Assembly: GCA_050294405.1 (NCBI GenBank)
Contig: JBNKOC010000021.1
Coordinates: forward strand, 1 to 64,000
Direction: 5' to 3'
From: Fibrobacteria bacterium
Lineage (GTDB): Bacteria > Fibrobacterota > Fibrobacteria > UBA11236 > JADFYW01
Length of the DNA: 64,000 bases
Position numbers and translations under genes: made by a program. Every line of letters begins with the position of its first letter. Position 1 is the stretch's first letter. Below the pieces are notes generated by a model that saw only the letters and a program-made list of their open reading frames with translations, did no database searches and was not told the DNA's origin. This document shows positions 26,261 through 36,921 of the stretch, piece after piece.

Positions 26261-27620
26261 TGAGTTGCATATTGGTATAAAGGCTACCTACTTTGTCCAG
26301 GGGCAAAGCTATGCCGGGCAGGCCAGCCAGGTTCAGACTTACAGTATAAATATCTGCCAGATAAGCCGCCAGTGGATCTTTTTGATATTCCCCCAAACGG
26401 GCAGGCAAATGGGGCATGGTGGGAGTGACAATCACATCACAACTTTTAAAGGCCTCGGTAAAATCATTTTTTATAAGCCGCCTTATTTTTTGAGCCTTGC
26501 TGTAATAAGCGTCGTAAAAACCCGAACTCAAAACATAGGTGCCCAACATAATTCTGCGCTTTACTTCCTGGCCAAAGCCTTCGCTGCGGCTTTTGGCGTA
26601 AAGCTCCTGAATGCTCTCGGCCCCTTCGGCGCGGCGGGTGTATCGCACACCATCGTAGCGGGAAAGGTTGGCGCTGGCTTCGGCTGTGGCAATGATATAA
26701 TAGGCTGCCACCCCGTAATCCATATGGGGAAGGGATATGTGCTCCACCTTGGCCCCTTTTTTTTCCAACTCAGAAATACGATTTAAAACACTGTCGCGAA
26801 TTTCAGGGGAAACTCCTTCGTGGAAAGTTTCTTTGGGGATGCCTATGACCTTACCTGCAATATCTTTATTTAAGAGAGCGGTAAAATCCGGAACAGGTTG
26901 CATAGAGGAGGTTTGATCCATGGGATCTTCTCCGGCAATCACATTCAAAACCCGGGCGCAATCTTCTACGCTATGGGCCATGGGCCCGATTTGATCCAAG
27001 GATGAGGCAAAAGCAACCAGCCCATATCGCGATACCCGGCCATAAGTAGGTTTAAGACCTACAATTCCACAGCAAGCTGCTGGTTGACGGATAGACCCAC
27101 CAGTATCGGAGCCCAATGAGATGGGAACGCTGCCCGAGGCCACTGCCACCGCAGAGCCACCAGAACTTCCCCCGGCAATATGGTTTTTGTCCAATGGATT
27201 TAAAGAGGGGCCAAAGGCGCTGTTTTCAGTGGAAGAACCCATGGCAAATTCATCCAGATTTGTTTTTCCCACAATAACCGCACCGGCGGCCTTTAATTTT
27301 TTAACTACCGTGGCTTCGTAAACGGATTCAAATTTTTCCAGCATTTTAGAAGCGCAACTGGTGGGGCCCACTGTATCTACAATGTTGTCTTTTATGGCGA
27401 TGGGCACTCCCAAAAGAGCTAAATCGGCCCCCTTGTTTCTAAGTTCATCGGCTTTAGCCGCCTGAGATAATGTGTATTCTTCGTCCCAATGTAAATAAGC
27501 ATTCAGCTCTTTTTGTTTTTCCATTTTGGCCAGGGTTTCTTTGGCCAGGCTTTGGGCGCTAATTTCTTTGGAGTTTAATTGAGCTTGGGTAGATTTCAGA
27601 GTGGGATAGGAGGGTGTCAA
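26199..27620 (-). CDS. gatA: Asp/Glu-tRNA amidotransferase subunit A
   Basis: GKTNLDEFAMGSS, GGSSGGSA, GSDTGGSIRQPA, EVKRRIMLGT. Confidence 0.96.
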   Translation of the reverse strand: MTPSYPTLKSTQAQLNSKEISAQSLAKETLAKMEKQKELNAYLHWDEEYTLSQAAKADELRNKGADLALLGVPIAIKDNIVDTVGPTSCASKMLEKFESVYEATVVKKLKAAGAVIVGKTNLDEFAMGSSTENSAFGPSLNPLDKNHIAGGSSGGSAVAVASGSVPISLGSDTGGSIRQPAACCGIVGLKPTYGRVSRYGLVAFASSLDQIGPMAHSVEDCARVLNVIAGEDPMDQTSSMQPVPDFTALLNKDIAGKVIGIPKETFHEGVSPEIRDSVLNRISELEKKGAKVEHISLPHMDYGVAAYYIIATAEASANLSRYDGVRYTRRAEGAESIQELYAKSRSEGFGQEVKRRIMLGTYVLSSGFYDAYYSKAQKIRRLIKNDFTEAFKSCDVIVTPTMPHLPARLGEYQKDPLAAYLADIYTVSLNLAGLPGIALPLDKVGSLYTNMQLIGKPFEEDKLLQIASAVENT

Positions 27621-27637
27621 AGCAGCTTGTTCCTTTT

Positions 27638-27961
27638 TTATTTAGACCATTTCATAATATATAAACTGGCTAATAATCCCAAAACACTGCAGGTATTCAA
27701 TTTAATGGCAAACCCCAGGGGAATTTTCACCAGGTATAAATCTAATACATCGCAGGCATAAGCCCCATTACTTTCATGAATTCCAAAACCCAATTCAAAG
27801 CTTTTTACAAAAAAGTTACGCACCGGGTTATCGATTCCACCGCCGCTAATCACCCCTATTTGGCCTAAAACATGGCCTAAAACTTCCCCTAAAATTCCCC
27901 CCAGCACCAGGCCGAGTAGAATAAATATGACCAATCTTACGTTTGTGCTTTCTCTGTGCAT
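27638..27961 (-). CDS. DUF4321-like membrane protein
   Basis: Hydrophobic 107 aa; LDLYLVKIPLGFAIKLN pattern. Confidence 0.65.
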   Translation of the reverse strand: MHRESTNVRLVIFILLGLVLGGILGEVLGHVLGQIGVISGGGIDNPVRNFFVKSFELGFGIHESNGAYACDVLDLYLVKIPLGFAIKLNTCSVLGLLASLYIMKWSK

Positions 27962-28036
27962 AAATCAAATCCCCTGCTGTCTGCTTTTACCTGTTTTTAT
28001 CCCAATGTAGCTTAACCTCAATCATCAGGGTTAAGT

Positions 28037-29251
28037 TTACTGCTTATTTTCTTCCAAGACCATCTTAGTATATAATTTTTGTTTGCCGCGAATATACCCA
28101 ATTTTAACGGATTCTCCCACCTGAAATTTTCGGAGTATTTCTAAAAAATCTTTGATGTTGCTGGTGGGATGATCTTCCACTGAAAAAATTACATCGCCTT
28201 TTTGCAATCCCGCCTTTTGGCCGGGAGAACCGCGCTCCACATCTGTAACCAAAATGCCCCCCAGGGCGTTTTCATATTCGGAATAATATGGATTGGTGTA
28301 AATACCCGTGGTCCACTGCCGGATATAACCATACTTTACCAGCTCATTTACCACCCGCATGGCCTTTTGAATGGGGATGGCAAAGCCCATTCCCACAGAG
28401 CCCGAACGCCCCCCTTGTTGCCCGGTAATTATAAAAGTGTTAATACCAATAACATCGCCCTGCACATTCACCAAAGCCCCGCCGGAATTGCCCGGGTTAA
28501 TACTGGCGTCCGTTTGGATCATATTGTGATAGCCTATTCCTGAACTATGGGAAAAATTTCGATTAAGCGCACTGATAACCCCCACCGTAACGGTTGGCTG
28601 GTTATCGCCCATTAGAAATCCAAAGGGATTTCCAATGGCAACTACCCATTCGCCAATGAGGTTGTCCTGGTTTTTTTGAAAGCGGGCATAAGGCAATTTT
28701 GAACCCTTAATTTTGATAACAGCAAGATCATTGTCCGGGTCCTGGCCCACTATTTTACCGTTAAAACTGCGGCCGTCGGGGAGGTTTACTTTAATTTCCA
28801 CCACCGCTTCCCCGCGATTTAGCTCCATCACATGGTAGTTCGTCACAATATAGCCTTGGGAGTTCACTATCACCCCTGAGCCAATGGAGCTTACACTTTC
28901 CCTGCTGCGGCCCCTACCCTGTCCTAAAAACAGATCGAAAAAAGGATCGTCGAAAAAGGGATTTCGACGAAGGTTTCGGGCTCGGGTAACGGTAATACTC
29001 ACCACCGCCGGAGATGCTTTCTCAATGGCGTTGACTATTGCCGTGCGACGGGATTGCTCTAACCTTTCCGTCTGGAAGCCTTTAGAATCAACATTGCTTT
29101 TTTCATTGGATACTTCAATAACATCACCAGAAGATGCCGCAATCCGGTTTTCCTCAGCTTTATCAGAGCTATTGCCCTTAAAGGCCAATAAAATAAGAGC
29201 CGTGAAAACAAATGCTAAGGTAATTATAAGGGAGTTTTTTTTAATACTCAT
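28037..29251 (-). CDS. HtrA/DegP-like serine protease with one PDZ domain
   Basis: GSGVIV, TNYHV, IQTDASINPGNSGG, C-terminal PDZ. Confidence 0.93.
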   Translation of the reverse strand: MSIKKNSLIITLAFVFTALILLAFKGNSSDKAEENRIAASSGDVIEVSNEKSNVDSKGFQTERLEQSRRTAIVNAIEKASPAVVSITVTRARNLRRNPFFDDPFFDLFLGQGRGRSRESVSSIGSGVIVNSQGYIVTNYHVMELNRGEAVVEIKVNLPDGRSFNGKIVGQDPDNDLAVIKIKGSKLPYARFQKNQDNLIGEWVVAIGNPFGFLMGDNQPTVTVGVISALNRNFSHSSGIGYHNMIQTDASINPGNSGGALVNVQGDVIGINTFIITGQQGGRSGSVGMGFAIPIQKAMRVVNELVKYGYIRQWTTGIYTNPYYSEYENALGGILVTDVERGSPGQKAGLQKGDVIFSVEDHPTSNIKDFLEILRKFQVGESVKIGYIRGKQKLYTKMVLEENKQ

Positions 29252-29990
29252 AATCGCTGTATCCTACCTTTTCCAAAACCAACCCCTCAGCTGGAGCCCA
29301 GGTCCACTCCAATTTGTTACTCCCCTCTAAAATAGCTTTTACAAAGCCGGGGTTTCTGTTTTTTCTGGCCACATCATAGCAGGCACCCACCATGCTGCGC
29401 ACCATGCGGTGTAAAAAGCGATTGCCTGTGATTTCCACCTGCCATAAATTTTTATTCCCGCTTAACTTCAGCTGTTGGATTTCGCATTCAGTAGATTTGC
29501 CATCGTTGCGTGGAATGGAAAAAGAATTAAAGTCATGTTTGCCTAAAAAGCAAGAGAGCTCTTCTTCAAATAAGGAAAAATCCATGGCAAAAGGAACCTC
29601 CCAAACTCTACCTTGCATCAAAGGGGAAGAACCTAAACAAATGCTGTATATGTAATGCCTGTATTGGGCATGGTAACGGGAATGAAAATCCTCTTCACAG
29701 CTTTCCAAGGCGCGGATGGAAACATCCCAGTCTGTTAAAGCGTTTATGCTTCGCTGTATTTTTTCCAGGTTTAGAGTTTCGGAATTTATATCCGCATCAA
29801 AATGAGCCACCTGTCCCCGGGCATGCACTCCGGCATCGGTTCTACCTGAGGCTATAATCTGAACGGGTTGCCTAAGGGCCACGGCAAAGGCCTTTTCCAG
29901 TTCTGCCTGCACGGTGCGTTTTCCCGGCTGCACTTGCCAGCCGGAAAAATTTTTTCCAAAATACTCTATGGCCATTCTAAATCGGGTCAT
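29241..29990 (-). CDS. truA: tRNA pseudouridine(38-40) synthase
   Basis: FSGWQ.QP, GRTDAGVHA.GQ, FLHRMVR. Confidence 0.95.
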   Translation of the reverse strand: MTRFRMAIEYFGKNFSGWQVQPGKRTVQAELEKAFAVALRQPVQIIASGRTDAGVHARGQVAHFDADINSETLNLEKIQRSINALTDWDVSIRALESCEEDFHSRYHAQYRHYIYSICLGSSPLMQGRVWEVPFAMDFSLFEEELSCFLGKHDFNSFSIPRNDGKSTECEIQQLKLSGNKNLWQVEITGNRFLHRMVRSMVGACYDVARKNRNPGFVKAILEGSNKLEWTWAPAEGLVLEKVGYSDYEY

Positions 29991-30006
29991 GAGAGAAGTA
30001 TAGATA

Positions 30007-32325
30007 TTAGGCGGTAATATCAAAGCCCGCCGTGGAATTACCTCCCTCTGCGGGGCCTTTGGAAGGCGGAAAATCTTCTCCCAAAGGTTCGGAGGTATCT
30101 TGGGCCTTGAGCCTTATTTTCTGTCCATAACGCAACACTTTCAAATCCAGATAGGCCAGGTTTTTTTCAAGTTGGGCAATTTCTCCAGCCATGTATTCAG
30201 ATACATCGCCAGTTTCATTTTCCAAATCCAACTCTATGCCCTGGGATTTTACCAGCGCTTTAACCCAAACATTGCTAAGGTTTGGCGTAGTAAGTTCAAT
30301 ATTCAAAACCAGGGGTTTGGCCTTGGAATCTGTTTGTTTGGAAAAACTGGAATCAAAGCGAAAACGCACCCCGCGCCAGGAGCCATTTTGATAGTAAAAG
30401 CCCTGCATCCAGTTTTCCCCTCTTTGGTTTTCTCCTGGTCCCAACTCTGTTATTGTGGATTGCAGGGCGAATTTTAAAAGCGCATGGTCCGCTTTGTTGT
30501 TTCCCGTTTGAGATTCTTCCCGGTTCAATTGCTGGTATTGGGACAAAAGGCTTTCGGTTTTTTCCAGCTGAGCTGGGTTTGGACTTTGAGGATGACTGGG
30601 TGGGAGGGGCTTTTCCGCATCCCATAAAAAAATGGGCGGCGGATTTTGGTGTTTGCCAGATGTATGTGAAGATTCCTCCAAAGGGTAATGCTGATTTAAA
30701 AACAAAAGGGAAAGGGCCGGGTATTTGGCCATGGCTCCCCAAATCTGGGCCTTGCTATTCGACCAGCTATCTTCAGCCTTAAACTGCACAAAGAGGGAAA
30801 AAAGCTTGTCTAAACTTTGTTCCAGTCCCACAGGTTTGGCAAGAGAAGCCCAGTTTACAGTTCTGCCGCTGGAATCAAGTTTTTCTGCGCCGGGGTTTTC
30901 TCCTTTGGAAAGTTTGCTCGGCTCGGTAGGTTGGGATATTGTTTTATTTTCCGAACTGAGACTTGAGGTTATCTCTGTCTGTATTTGCTGAACTGGTTTT
31001 TGGGAAGAAGCATTTAATTCTTCGGAAAAGTGTTGGGCCAATTTTTCCAGCGCCTGGCTCAAATAAACCCCTAAGTTTTCAGAGGGAATATTAGCCATTG
31101 GCTGGACAGAAGTTTTTCCCAAAACACTTTGTTCGCCCGAAAATAAAGTCTCAATTTGTTCCCTACTTAAATTAAGGGCCCCAAATGCATCTGAAATTTT
31201 CTGGTTCTGAGGAATAGACTTAGCATTGGGCTCCTGTTTGTTTTCTGAAGTTACAGTTCCCTGTGCCCTGTCCGATTTTTTTTGGCCTGAATTAGCTTCC
31301 AGATTTCTCTCAGGATTTTGATTTGCCTGGGGAGTTTTAGATATAGTTACCTTAGGTATATCTGATACTTCATTTTGGGCCCCGGAAGATGTGTGCATAA
31401 CATTTGTTTCGCTGGAGTTATTGGAGCCTGAAACTGCCGATAGCTTTGGACTATTCTCGCTAAGCGCCGGGAGGTTTTTAGCATAATCCATCCCAAATAA
31501 ATAGCTCAAAACCCGGGAAGCTCCATCTCCCAAAGAAGGATAAAAAGCCGTGACCTTGTCTCCTGACCCTGCCAAAACCCCTGAGGATTTAATAACATCA
31601 CCAAAATCCACTACGGCTTTGGCAAAATAGGGTTCTTCCTTTAAGGGCAAAAGCTTATCCCAGGCCAGCCTGTACGCACTGTGTAGCTCGCGGTTTTGGC
31701 TAACCAAAATTTTTTCTAACTCTTTAGGGTAGCGGTAACTGTCGGGCAATTTGTTTAAATAAAATTGGGAGCCGGATTTTTCCAGGGCAAAGGGATAAAA
31801 TTCCCCCAATTTTAAGATTTGGGAGGTTTTTAACTGGAACTGCTGGCCCTTGTATTCAAGCAACACATTGTACTTATGGTTCTCCCCGCTTTTTAATTGG
31901 CCTGAATCGGCCAGCGATGTTATGTTAACAACCCTGGCAAACAAGATGCGGGCGTCTAATGGCTTTTTTAAAAGAGATTCGTAATCCCGGGAAATTTCAG
32001 CAGGCATGGCCTTTTCATTTTCTCCAGCGGGCATTTTTTGGGACGCAAGCCATACATCTCCCATTTTTTCCAGGCGCTGGCCCATGTTTTGTTTATCAAG
32101 GGTTTCCAACATGAGGTTGCCCTTTTCATTGAAGTATATTAGAACTTTTTCGCCCTGATGTAATTGAGGCAGGCGCAGAGGAATTTCCAATTCCCCTTTG
32201 GGGGTCATTAAAAGGATGCTGGCGCGACCCATGGAAGCTACCGTAGCCGTAACCTTGCGCTCGGCTTTGCCCAGTTGCAATTGCCTTAGCAACTGATTAG
32301 CGGTCATGGCTAATTCGTGGATCAT
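30007..32325 (-). CDS. Large hypothetical protein, possible FliK-like C-terminal domain
   Basis: 772 aa; low-complexity S/Q/E/N centre; LNIELTTPNLSNVWV...LEKNL and terminal FDITA resemble FliK-type ends. Confidence 0.6.
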   Translation of the reverse strand: MIHELAMTANQLLRQLQLGKAERKVTATVASMGRASILLMTPKGELEIPLRLPQLHQGEKVLIYFNEKGNLMLETLDKQNMGQRLEKMGDVWLASQKMPAGENEKAMPAEISRDYESLLKKPLDARILFARVVNITSLADSGQLKSGENHKYNVLLEYKGQQFQLKTSQILKLGEFYPFALEKSGSQFYLNKLPDSYRYPKELEKILVSQNRELHSAYRLAWDKLLPLKEEPYFAKAVVDFGDVIKSSGVLAGSGDKVTAFYPSLGDGASRVLSYLFGMDYAKNLPALSENSPKLSAVSGSNNSSETNVMHTSSGAQNEVSDIPKVTISKTPQANQNPERNLEANSGQKKSDRAQGTVTSENKQEPNAKSIPQNQKISDAFGALNLSREQIETLFSGEQSVLGKTSVQPMANIPSENLGVYLSQALEKLAQHFSEELNASSQKPVQQIQTEITSSLSSENKTISQPTEPSKLSKGENPGAEKLDSSGRTVNWASLAKPVGLEQSLDKLFSLFVQFKAEDSWSNSKAQIWGAMAKYPALSLLFLNQHYPLEESSHTSGKHQNPPPIFLWDAEKPLPPSHPQSPNPAQLEKTESLLSQYQQLNREESQTGNNKADHALLKFALQSTITELGPGENQRGENWMQGFYYQNGSWRGVRFRFDSSFSKQTDSKAKPLVLNIELTTPNLSNVWVKALVKSQGIELDLENETGDVSEYMAGEIAQLEKNLAYLDLKVLRYGQKIRLKAQDTSEPLGEDFPPSKGPAEGGNSTAGFDITA

Positions 32326-32370
32326 ACCCTTTGAATCATACCATTATTTGGGCGGCACCCCCAAGGCAGT

Positions 32371-33414
32371 TTATCGGGATTTAAAATCCCGAATCATCAG
32401 CTCCACCTCAGTTTTGCTGATTTTTAAACGCTGCGAAATTTCAGAAACCGTGCTTCCCCGGCGCACCAGTTTCATCACAGTGATTTTTTTATTTTCCTCG
32501 TCTTCAAAACTTTTCCATTTAGCCCTTTTTACTGGGTCCTCCCAGCCATCTTCTAAAGAGCCTTGTGAATCCTTAGAAGAATCGTTTTGACTGCCCAAGG
32601 GATCGGACAAGACCTGAATTGGATCTTGTAGTTCTTCCTCTGAGGGCTCATCCTCAGCTAAAATTTCAGGTTCAAGCTTATCTTTCTTTTTGGACTGCAG
32701 CACTTCAAAGTGCGATACAGATACATCTTCCTCTGGCGGCTCTATTTCTTCCACTTCTTCATCTTCCAATTCAGGAGTGGGCTCGAAGTTATTTTTAGGC
32801 AATGTGGATTCGGCAATTTGAGACAAGCCTTTAAGGGAATGCTTGAACCTGTCTTCAAATGTTTGTTCGGGTTCGAGAACTTCTTCTGTTGGAGCAGGTT
32901 CCATAAAGTCGCGGTCCGATTCTTCCGGGTCCACGGGTATAGCAGCTTTTTTAACCACGGGTTGCCGCCAACCCTTAAACCTTTTTTCGGAAGCTGGTCC
33001 CAGGGCCGCTGCAATTCTTTTTTCCTTGCGGCCAGGCATCCAGATTAAAGCCAAGCAACTCAGTACGCCTAAACTCAGGTATAAGGGGTTTTGGTAAATA
33101 AAACGCGCCCAACCAGGGGGCTTATGCACATCGTATTTTTCCACAAATTCCTGGCGGCGGTTGGCGTATTTTTGTCGGCTTTCGGCCTGTAATTTTTTTA
33201 AAGAATCGGGCCAACTGAGAGGATAGTTTTGAGGAGCCCTGAAAACAGAAGCTAACATCAACTCGGTTTCCGCAATGGATTCGGACAACCGGGCCATGGA
33301 ATCTTGTCCATTGGAATCCTCAAAGAAGGCAGGTTTTTTAACCTGGGATTTGGCCAACCAAAAGGCTCCCAACGCACATATTAGTACCGCTAGGGTTAAA
33401 AAAAGCCTCTGCAT
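32371..33414 (-). CDS. Hypothetical membrane protein with acidic linker and C-terminal HTH
   Basis: Two hydrophobic segments; GSTVSEISQRLKISKTEVELM. Confidence 0.7.
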   Translation of the reverse strand: MQRLFLTLAVLICALGAFWLAKSQVKKPAFFEDSNGQDSMARLSESIAETELMLASVFRAPQNYPLSWPDSLKKLQAESRQKYANRRQEFVEKYDVHKPPGWARFIYQNPLYLSLGVLSCLALIWMPGRKEKRIAAALGPASEKRFKGWRQPVVKKAAIPVDPEESDRDFMEPAPTEEVLEPEQTFEDRFKHSLKGLSQIAESTLPKNNFEPTPELEDEEVEEIEPPEEDVSVSHFEVLQSKKKDKLEPEILAEDEPSEEELQDPIQVLSDPLGSQNDSSKDSQGSLEDGWEDPVKRAKWKSFEDEENKKITVMKLVRRGSTVSEISQRLKISKTEVELMIRDFKSR

Positions 33415-33506
33415 AGCTATAAAACTAAAGATTCCTATTTAGGAATCAAACAAATATTGCTTTATTTCTTCAAATTTGAGAAAATTGAGGATAAATTGAA
33501 GGGTTT

Positions 33507-33803
33507 ATGGAGCTTTTATTGATAAAAGAAGATTTGGTATTGGGTAAGTTTTCCCTAAAGCCCGGTCTCAATACCATAGGCCGGGCAAAAGATTGCGATG
33601 TGGTATTGGAGGATGCAAATGTGACCCGAATCCACGCCAGAATCCAGGTGGACGTGAACAAAAAAATATTTTTGTTTGAAGATTTAAAAAGCACCAATGG
33701 CTCTTATATCAATCAGGTAAAAACCAGTTACAAAATACTGGAAAAAAATGATGTACTTCAATTGGGAGGACAGCAGTTGCTATTTAACGGGGATTCGCAC
33801 TAA
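33507..33803 (+). CDS. FHA domain protein
   Basis: IGR, VTRIHARI, DLKSTNGSYIN. Confidence 0.88.
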   Translation: MELLLIKEDLVLGKFSLKPGLNTIGRAKDCDVVLEDANVTRIHARIQVDVNKKIFLFEDLKSTNGSYINQVKTSYKILEKNDVLQLGGQQLLFNGDSH

Positions 33804-34272
33804 CCACGCAAAAGGCCTGTAGAGCTTCACCTCTTCCAAAAGCGTTTAAACCTTCTCCTGTAGTTGCTGTTAAAGCCACCTGAGATGGGTCTAGCTTCAT
33901 AATGTTAGCCACGCTGCTGCAAATGTTGCGATTGTGGTGGTAAATTTTGGGACGGCGCCCCTCGATGGAAATACTAACATGGCCCACGACATAACCTAAA
34001 GCAGACAAATCTTCCAAAGCCTTTTTAAGGTAGGCGCTGGAATCGGTAATTCCCAGTTTGCACATGCTGTCCGCAGGAGGCCCCAAAATTGGTTTTCCGG
34101 TGATACCGGAAATAGCATTGGTAATAGCATGGAGCACCACATCTGAATCGCTATTGCCTTCAAAATGAAAATTTCCCGGCATTAGAAAGCCGCCCAATAG
34201 CAAAGGCTTGGCATCGCCTTCGGCTATGCGATGGCTGTCTTGTCCAATGCCGGTTTTGGGGTATTTTTCCAT
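33784..34272 (-). CDS. ispF: 2-C-methyl-D-erythritol 2,4-cyclodiphosphate synthase
   Basis: GIGQDSH, SD.DVVLHA, ATTGEGL...GRGE. Confidence 0.92.
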   Translation of the reverse strand: MEKYPKTGIGQDSHRIAEGDAKPLLLGGFLMPGNFHFEGNSDSDVVLHAITNAISGITGKPILGPPADSMCKLGITDSSAYLKKALEDLSALGYVVGHVSISIEGRRPKIYHHNRNICSSVANIMKLDPSQVALTATTGEGLNAFGRGEALQAFCVVSANPR

Positions 34273-34300
34273 TTATAATTTTATCCTTAGTCCCATATCC

Positions 34301-35026
34301 TCAATTTTTATCCTTATAATGGCCAAGTTCAGCGGCCCATTTGGCCCACAGTAAATCTTCTGTTAAGGTGATTTTTTTAAGCCAGGAACTCCCCTCAATC
34401 CAGTATACGGTTTCGCCGATTTGTTCCACCATTCCCGCTTCATCCGTGGTAAAGCCCGAAGAAAATTTTTGCGGCTCTTTTTCCATTTCTTCATATAGCT
34501 TTTGCAAAACTCTGGCTGGAAATGCCTGGGGGGTTTGCACAGAAATCAAGTTTTGGCGATTGTGAGTTTGGACAACCTTATCTCCGTCCACTTCCTTGGT
34601 GGTGTCGGCGGTTTTTTGAGCCACCACTGCGCAGCGGTTCTTATGCAAACTTTCAATACAGTCTTGCACAATGGAATACGACAAAAAGGGCCGGGCCACA
34701 TCGTGGATAAGCACCCCTTCTAAACCGGAATCCAGGGCTTCGAAACCTTTTTTCACAGACTCCCAACGTTCTGTTCCCCCTTCCACAACTTTGGTTTTGG
34801 GAAAAAGAGTTTTGATATGTTGGTATTTGTCTAAATAATCCCGGGGTAAGACAACTACGATTTCTGCAATTTCTGGAACCTGATGAAACAGCTCCAGAGA
34901 ATACTGAAACACTGGTTTGCCATTAACATGCAAAAACTGCTTGGGCGTTTCTTTGCCAATACGGCTGGAGCTTCCCCCCGCGGGAAGAAGTACCCCAATG
35001 TTTCTGGCTGATTTCTGACTTTCCAA
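34301..35026 (-). CDS. ispD: 2-C-methyl-D-erythritol 4-phosphate cytidylyltransferase
   Basis: PAGG.SSR, PKQF, GGTER.ESV, IHDVARP, QTPQ. Confidence 0.93.
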   Translation of the reverse strand: MESQKSARNIGVLLPAGGSSSRIGKETPKQFLHVNGKPVFQYSLELFHQVPEIAEIVVVLPRDYLDKYQHIKTLFPKTKVVEGGTERWESVKKGFEALDSGLEGVLIHDVARPFLSYSIVQDCIESLHKNRCAVVAQKTADTTKEVDGDKVVQTHNRQNLISVQTPQAFPARVLQKLYEEMEKEPQKFSSGFTTDEAGMVEQIGETVYWIEGSSWLKKITLTEDLLWAKWAAELGHYKDKN

Positions 35027-35035
35027 AAAGATTCC

Positions 35036-36265
35036 TTAAAATTTAACCGGGGATTTTTTTCCCAGCAAGGTTTGCCTCATTTTCAGGGGAAGCCCTAAAC
35101 ATTTGATAAAACCGGTGGCGTCTTTTTGATCGTAAAAATCCACATCGGAAAACCCACCTAAATCTTCATCGTAAAGAGAATAAGGGCTTTCCATTTTGGC
35201 GGCAATGGCGTTTCCCTTGTAAAGTTTTAGGGTCACTTTTCCGGTTACCGCTTCACAGGCATTGTCCATAAAAGCATCCAGAGCCTGGCGATTGGGAGTG
35301 AACCAAAGGCCATCATATACAAGCTGAGAGTATTTTTGAGAGAGCATTTGCTTGGTTTGCAATACATCTCTGTCCAAAACCAATGTTTCCAGAGCTTCAA
35401 TGGCTTTGTACAGCAAGGTGCCCCCGGGAGTTTCGTACACGCCGCGGGACTTCATGCCTACCAAACGGTTTTCCACAATGTCCAGCAAACCACAAGCGTG
35501 TTTTCCGCCAAGTTCATTTAATTTTTCCAAAAGCTCCACCGGTCCCAATTTTTTGCCATCTACGGCCACGGGAATACCCTTGGCAAACTCTATTTCCACA
35601 TACTCAGCTTTGGAAGGGGCTTTTTCCAGGGTATTACTGAGTTTTAACATGTCCCATTTATGTTCTTTATCCGTGTACTCCAACACTCCGCCCTCATGGG
35701 ACAAATGCCATAGGTTTCCATCTTCCGAATAAATTTTCTTTTTAGAAACAGTTAGAGGGATTTTTCTGGCTTTGGCATAATCAATAGCCTCTTCCCGGCT
35801 GCGGATTTTCCATTTGGAATCTTTCCAGGGAGCGATGATTTTTATGCGTGGGTTCATAGCCATGTATGTTAATTCAAAACGAACCTGGTCGTTGCCTTTG
35901 CCTGTAGCGCCGTGGGCCACCATGCTGGCTTTTTCCTGGGCGGCAATTAACATCTGGTGTTTAGCTATAACGGGTCTGGCCATGGAAGTACCCAATAAAT
36001 AAGTACCTTCGTACTTAGCGCCGGCTTTTAAAGTGGGCCAAACATAATCCGTTAAAAACTCTTTGCGCAAATCTTTAACAATACATTTAATGGCGCCCGC
36101 AGCCAGAGCCCTTTCTTTTAAGGGGCCCACTTCCACTTTGCCCTGGCCCACATCCGCCGCATAGGCAATTACATCCACGTTGTAATTTTCAATTAACCAG
36201 GGGATGATGATAGATGTATCCAATCCGCCGGAATAGGCCAAAACCACTTTTTCTCTTTTGCTCAT
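35036..36265 (-). CDS. argG: Argininosuccinate synthase
   Basis: LAYSGGLDTS, HGATGKGNDQVRFE, KSRGVYETPG. Confidence 0.97.
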   Translation of the reverse strand: MSKREKVVLAYSGGLDTSIIIPWLIENYNVDVIAYAADVGQGKVEVGPLKERALAAGAIKCIVKDLRKEFLTDYVWPTLKAGAKYEGTYLLGTSMARPVIAKHQMLIAAQEKASMVAHGATGKGNDQVRFELTYMAMNPRIKIIAPWKDSKWKIRSREEAIDYAKARKIPLTVSKKKIYSEDGNLWHLSHEGGVLEYTDKEHKWDMLKLSNTLEKAPSKAEYVEIEFAKGIPVAVDGKKLGPVELLEKLNELGGKHACGLLDIVENRLVGMKSRGVYETPGGTLLYKAIEALETLVLDRDVLQTKQMLSQKYSQLVYDGLWFTPNRQALDAFMDNACEAVTGKVTLKLYKGNAIAAKMESPYSLYDEDLGGFSDVDFYDQKDATGFIKCLGLPLKMRQTLLGKKSPVKF

Positions 36266-36340
36266 AGCTAAAAAACCCTCGCTTAAACTTACGGGGTTTA
36301 AAGTTAAAAAAAATCAGAGCGAGCGGTCAGCCAAGGGAGC

Positions 36341-36856
36341 TTAAAAATTAAGGTCTTTTAAAATTTCTTCGGCCATTTTAATTTCGGGATTATCCTGCAT
36401 AGCATCCGGTTTTCCCTGACCATTCCTGTCCCCTACCATAAACAATCCTCCCACATCCATACTTTCGGCATTGCTATCCACAGCCTTACGCAATTTTTCG
36501 TTGGTCGTGCGAATGCGGGTGACTAAAAGTTTGATCATGGTCACCACCCAGGCGGGCAACTGGCCCAATTGGTCGTCGAACATTTCCTTGGTGATAATGG
36601 TGACCACCGTGTCCTCCACAGCCTTTACAGAAGCCGAACGCTTTAATTCATCAATTACAGCCATTTCCCCAAACATACCCTTTTCTCCGATACGGGTGAG
36701 TTCAATTTCCTTGGGACCTGCTTTGGTGGGAACGGTTTTGTAAACCATCACCTGGCCGCTATTGATAATATACATCCCATCGCAAATGGAGTTTTCGGTA
36801 AATATGATTTCGCCGGAACGATAGTTTTTTTGAAGTTTTCGATAACTTTTTGGCAT
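36341..36856 (-). CDS. Cyclic nucleotide-binding domain protein
   Basis: GEIIF.E, MYII.SG.V, FGEMA, RSASV; no clear HTH. Confidence 0.85.
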   Translation of the reverse strand: MPKSYRKLQKNYRSGEIIFTENSICDGMYIINSGQVMVYKTVPTKAGPKEIELTRIGEKGMFGEMAVIDELKRSASVKAVEDTVVTIITKEMFDDQLGQLPAWVVTMIKLLVTRIRTTNEKLRKAVDSNAESMDVGGLFMVGDRNGQGKPDAMQDNPEIKMAEEILKDLNF

Positions 36857-36921
36857 AATGTTCAGAATAGTCTGAACTTTATTTTAACCCTAAGATGCGT
36901 ATAAATGAAAGAAAAAAGAGT

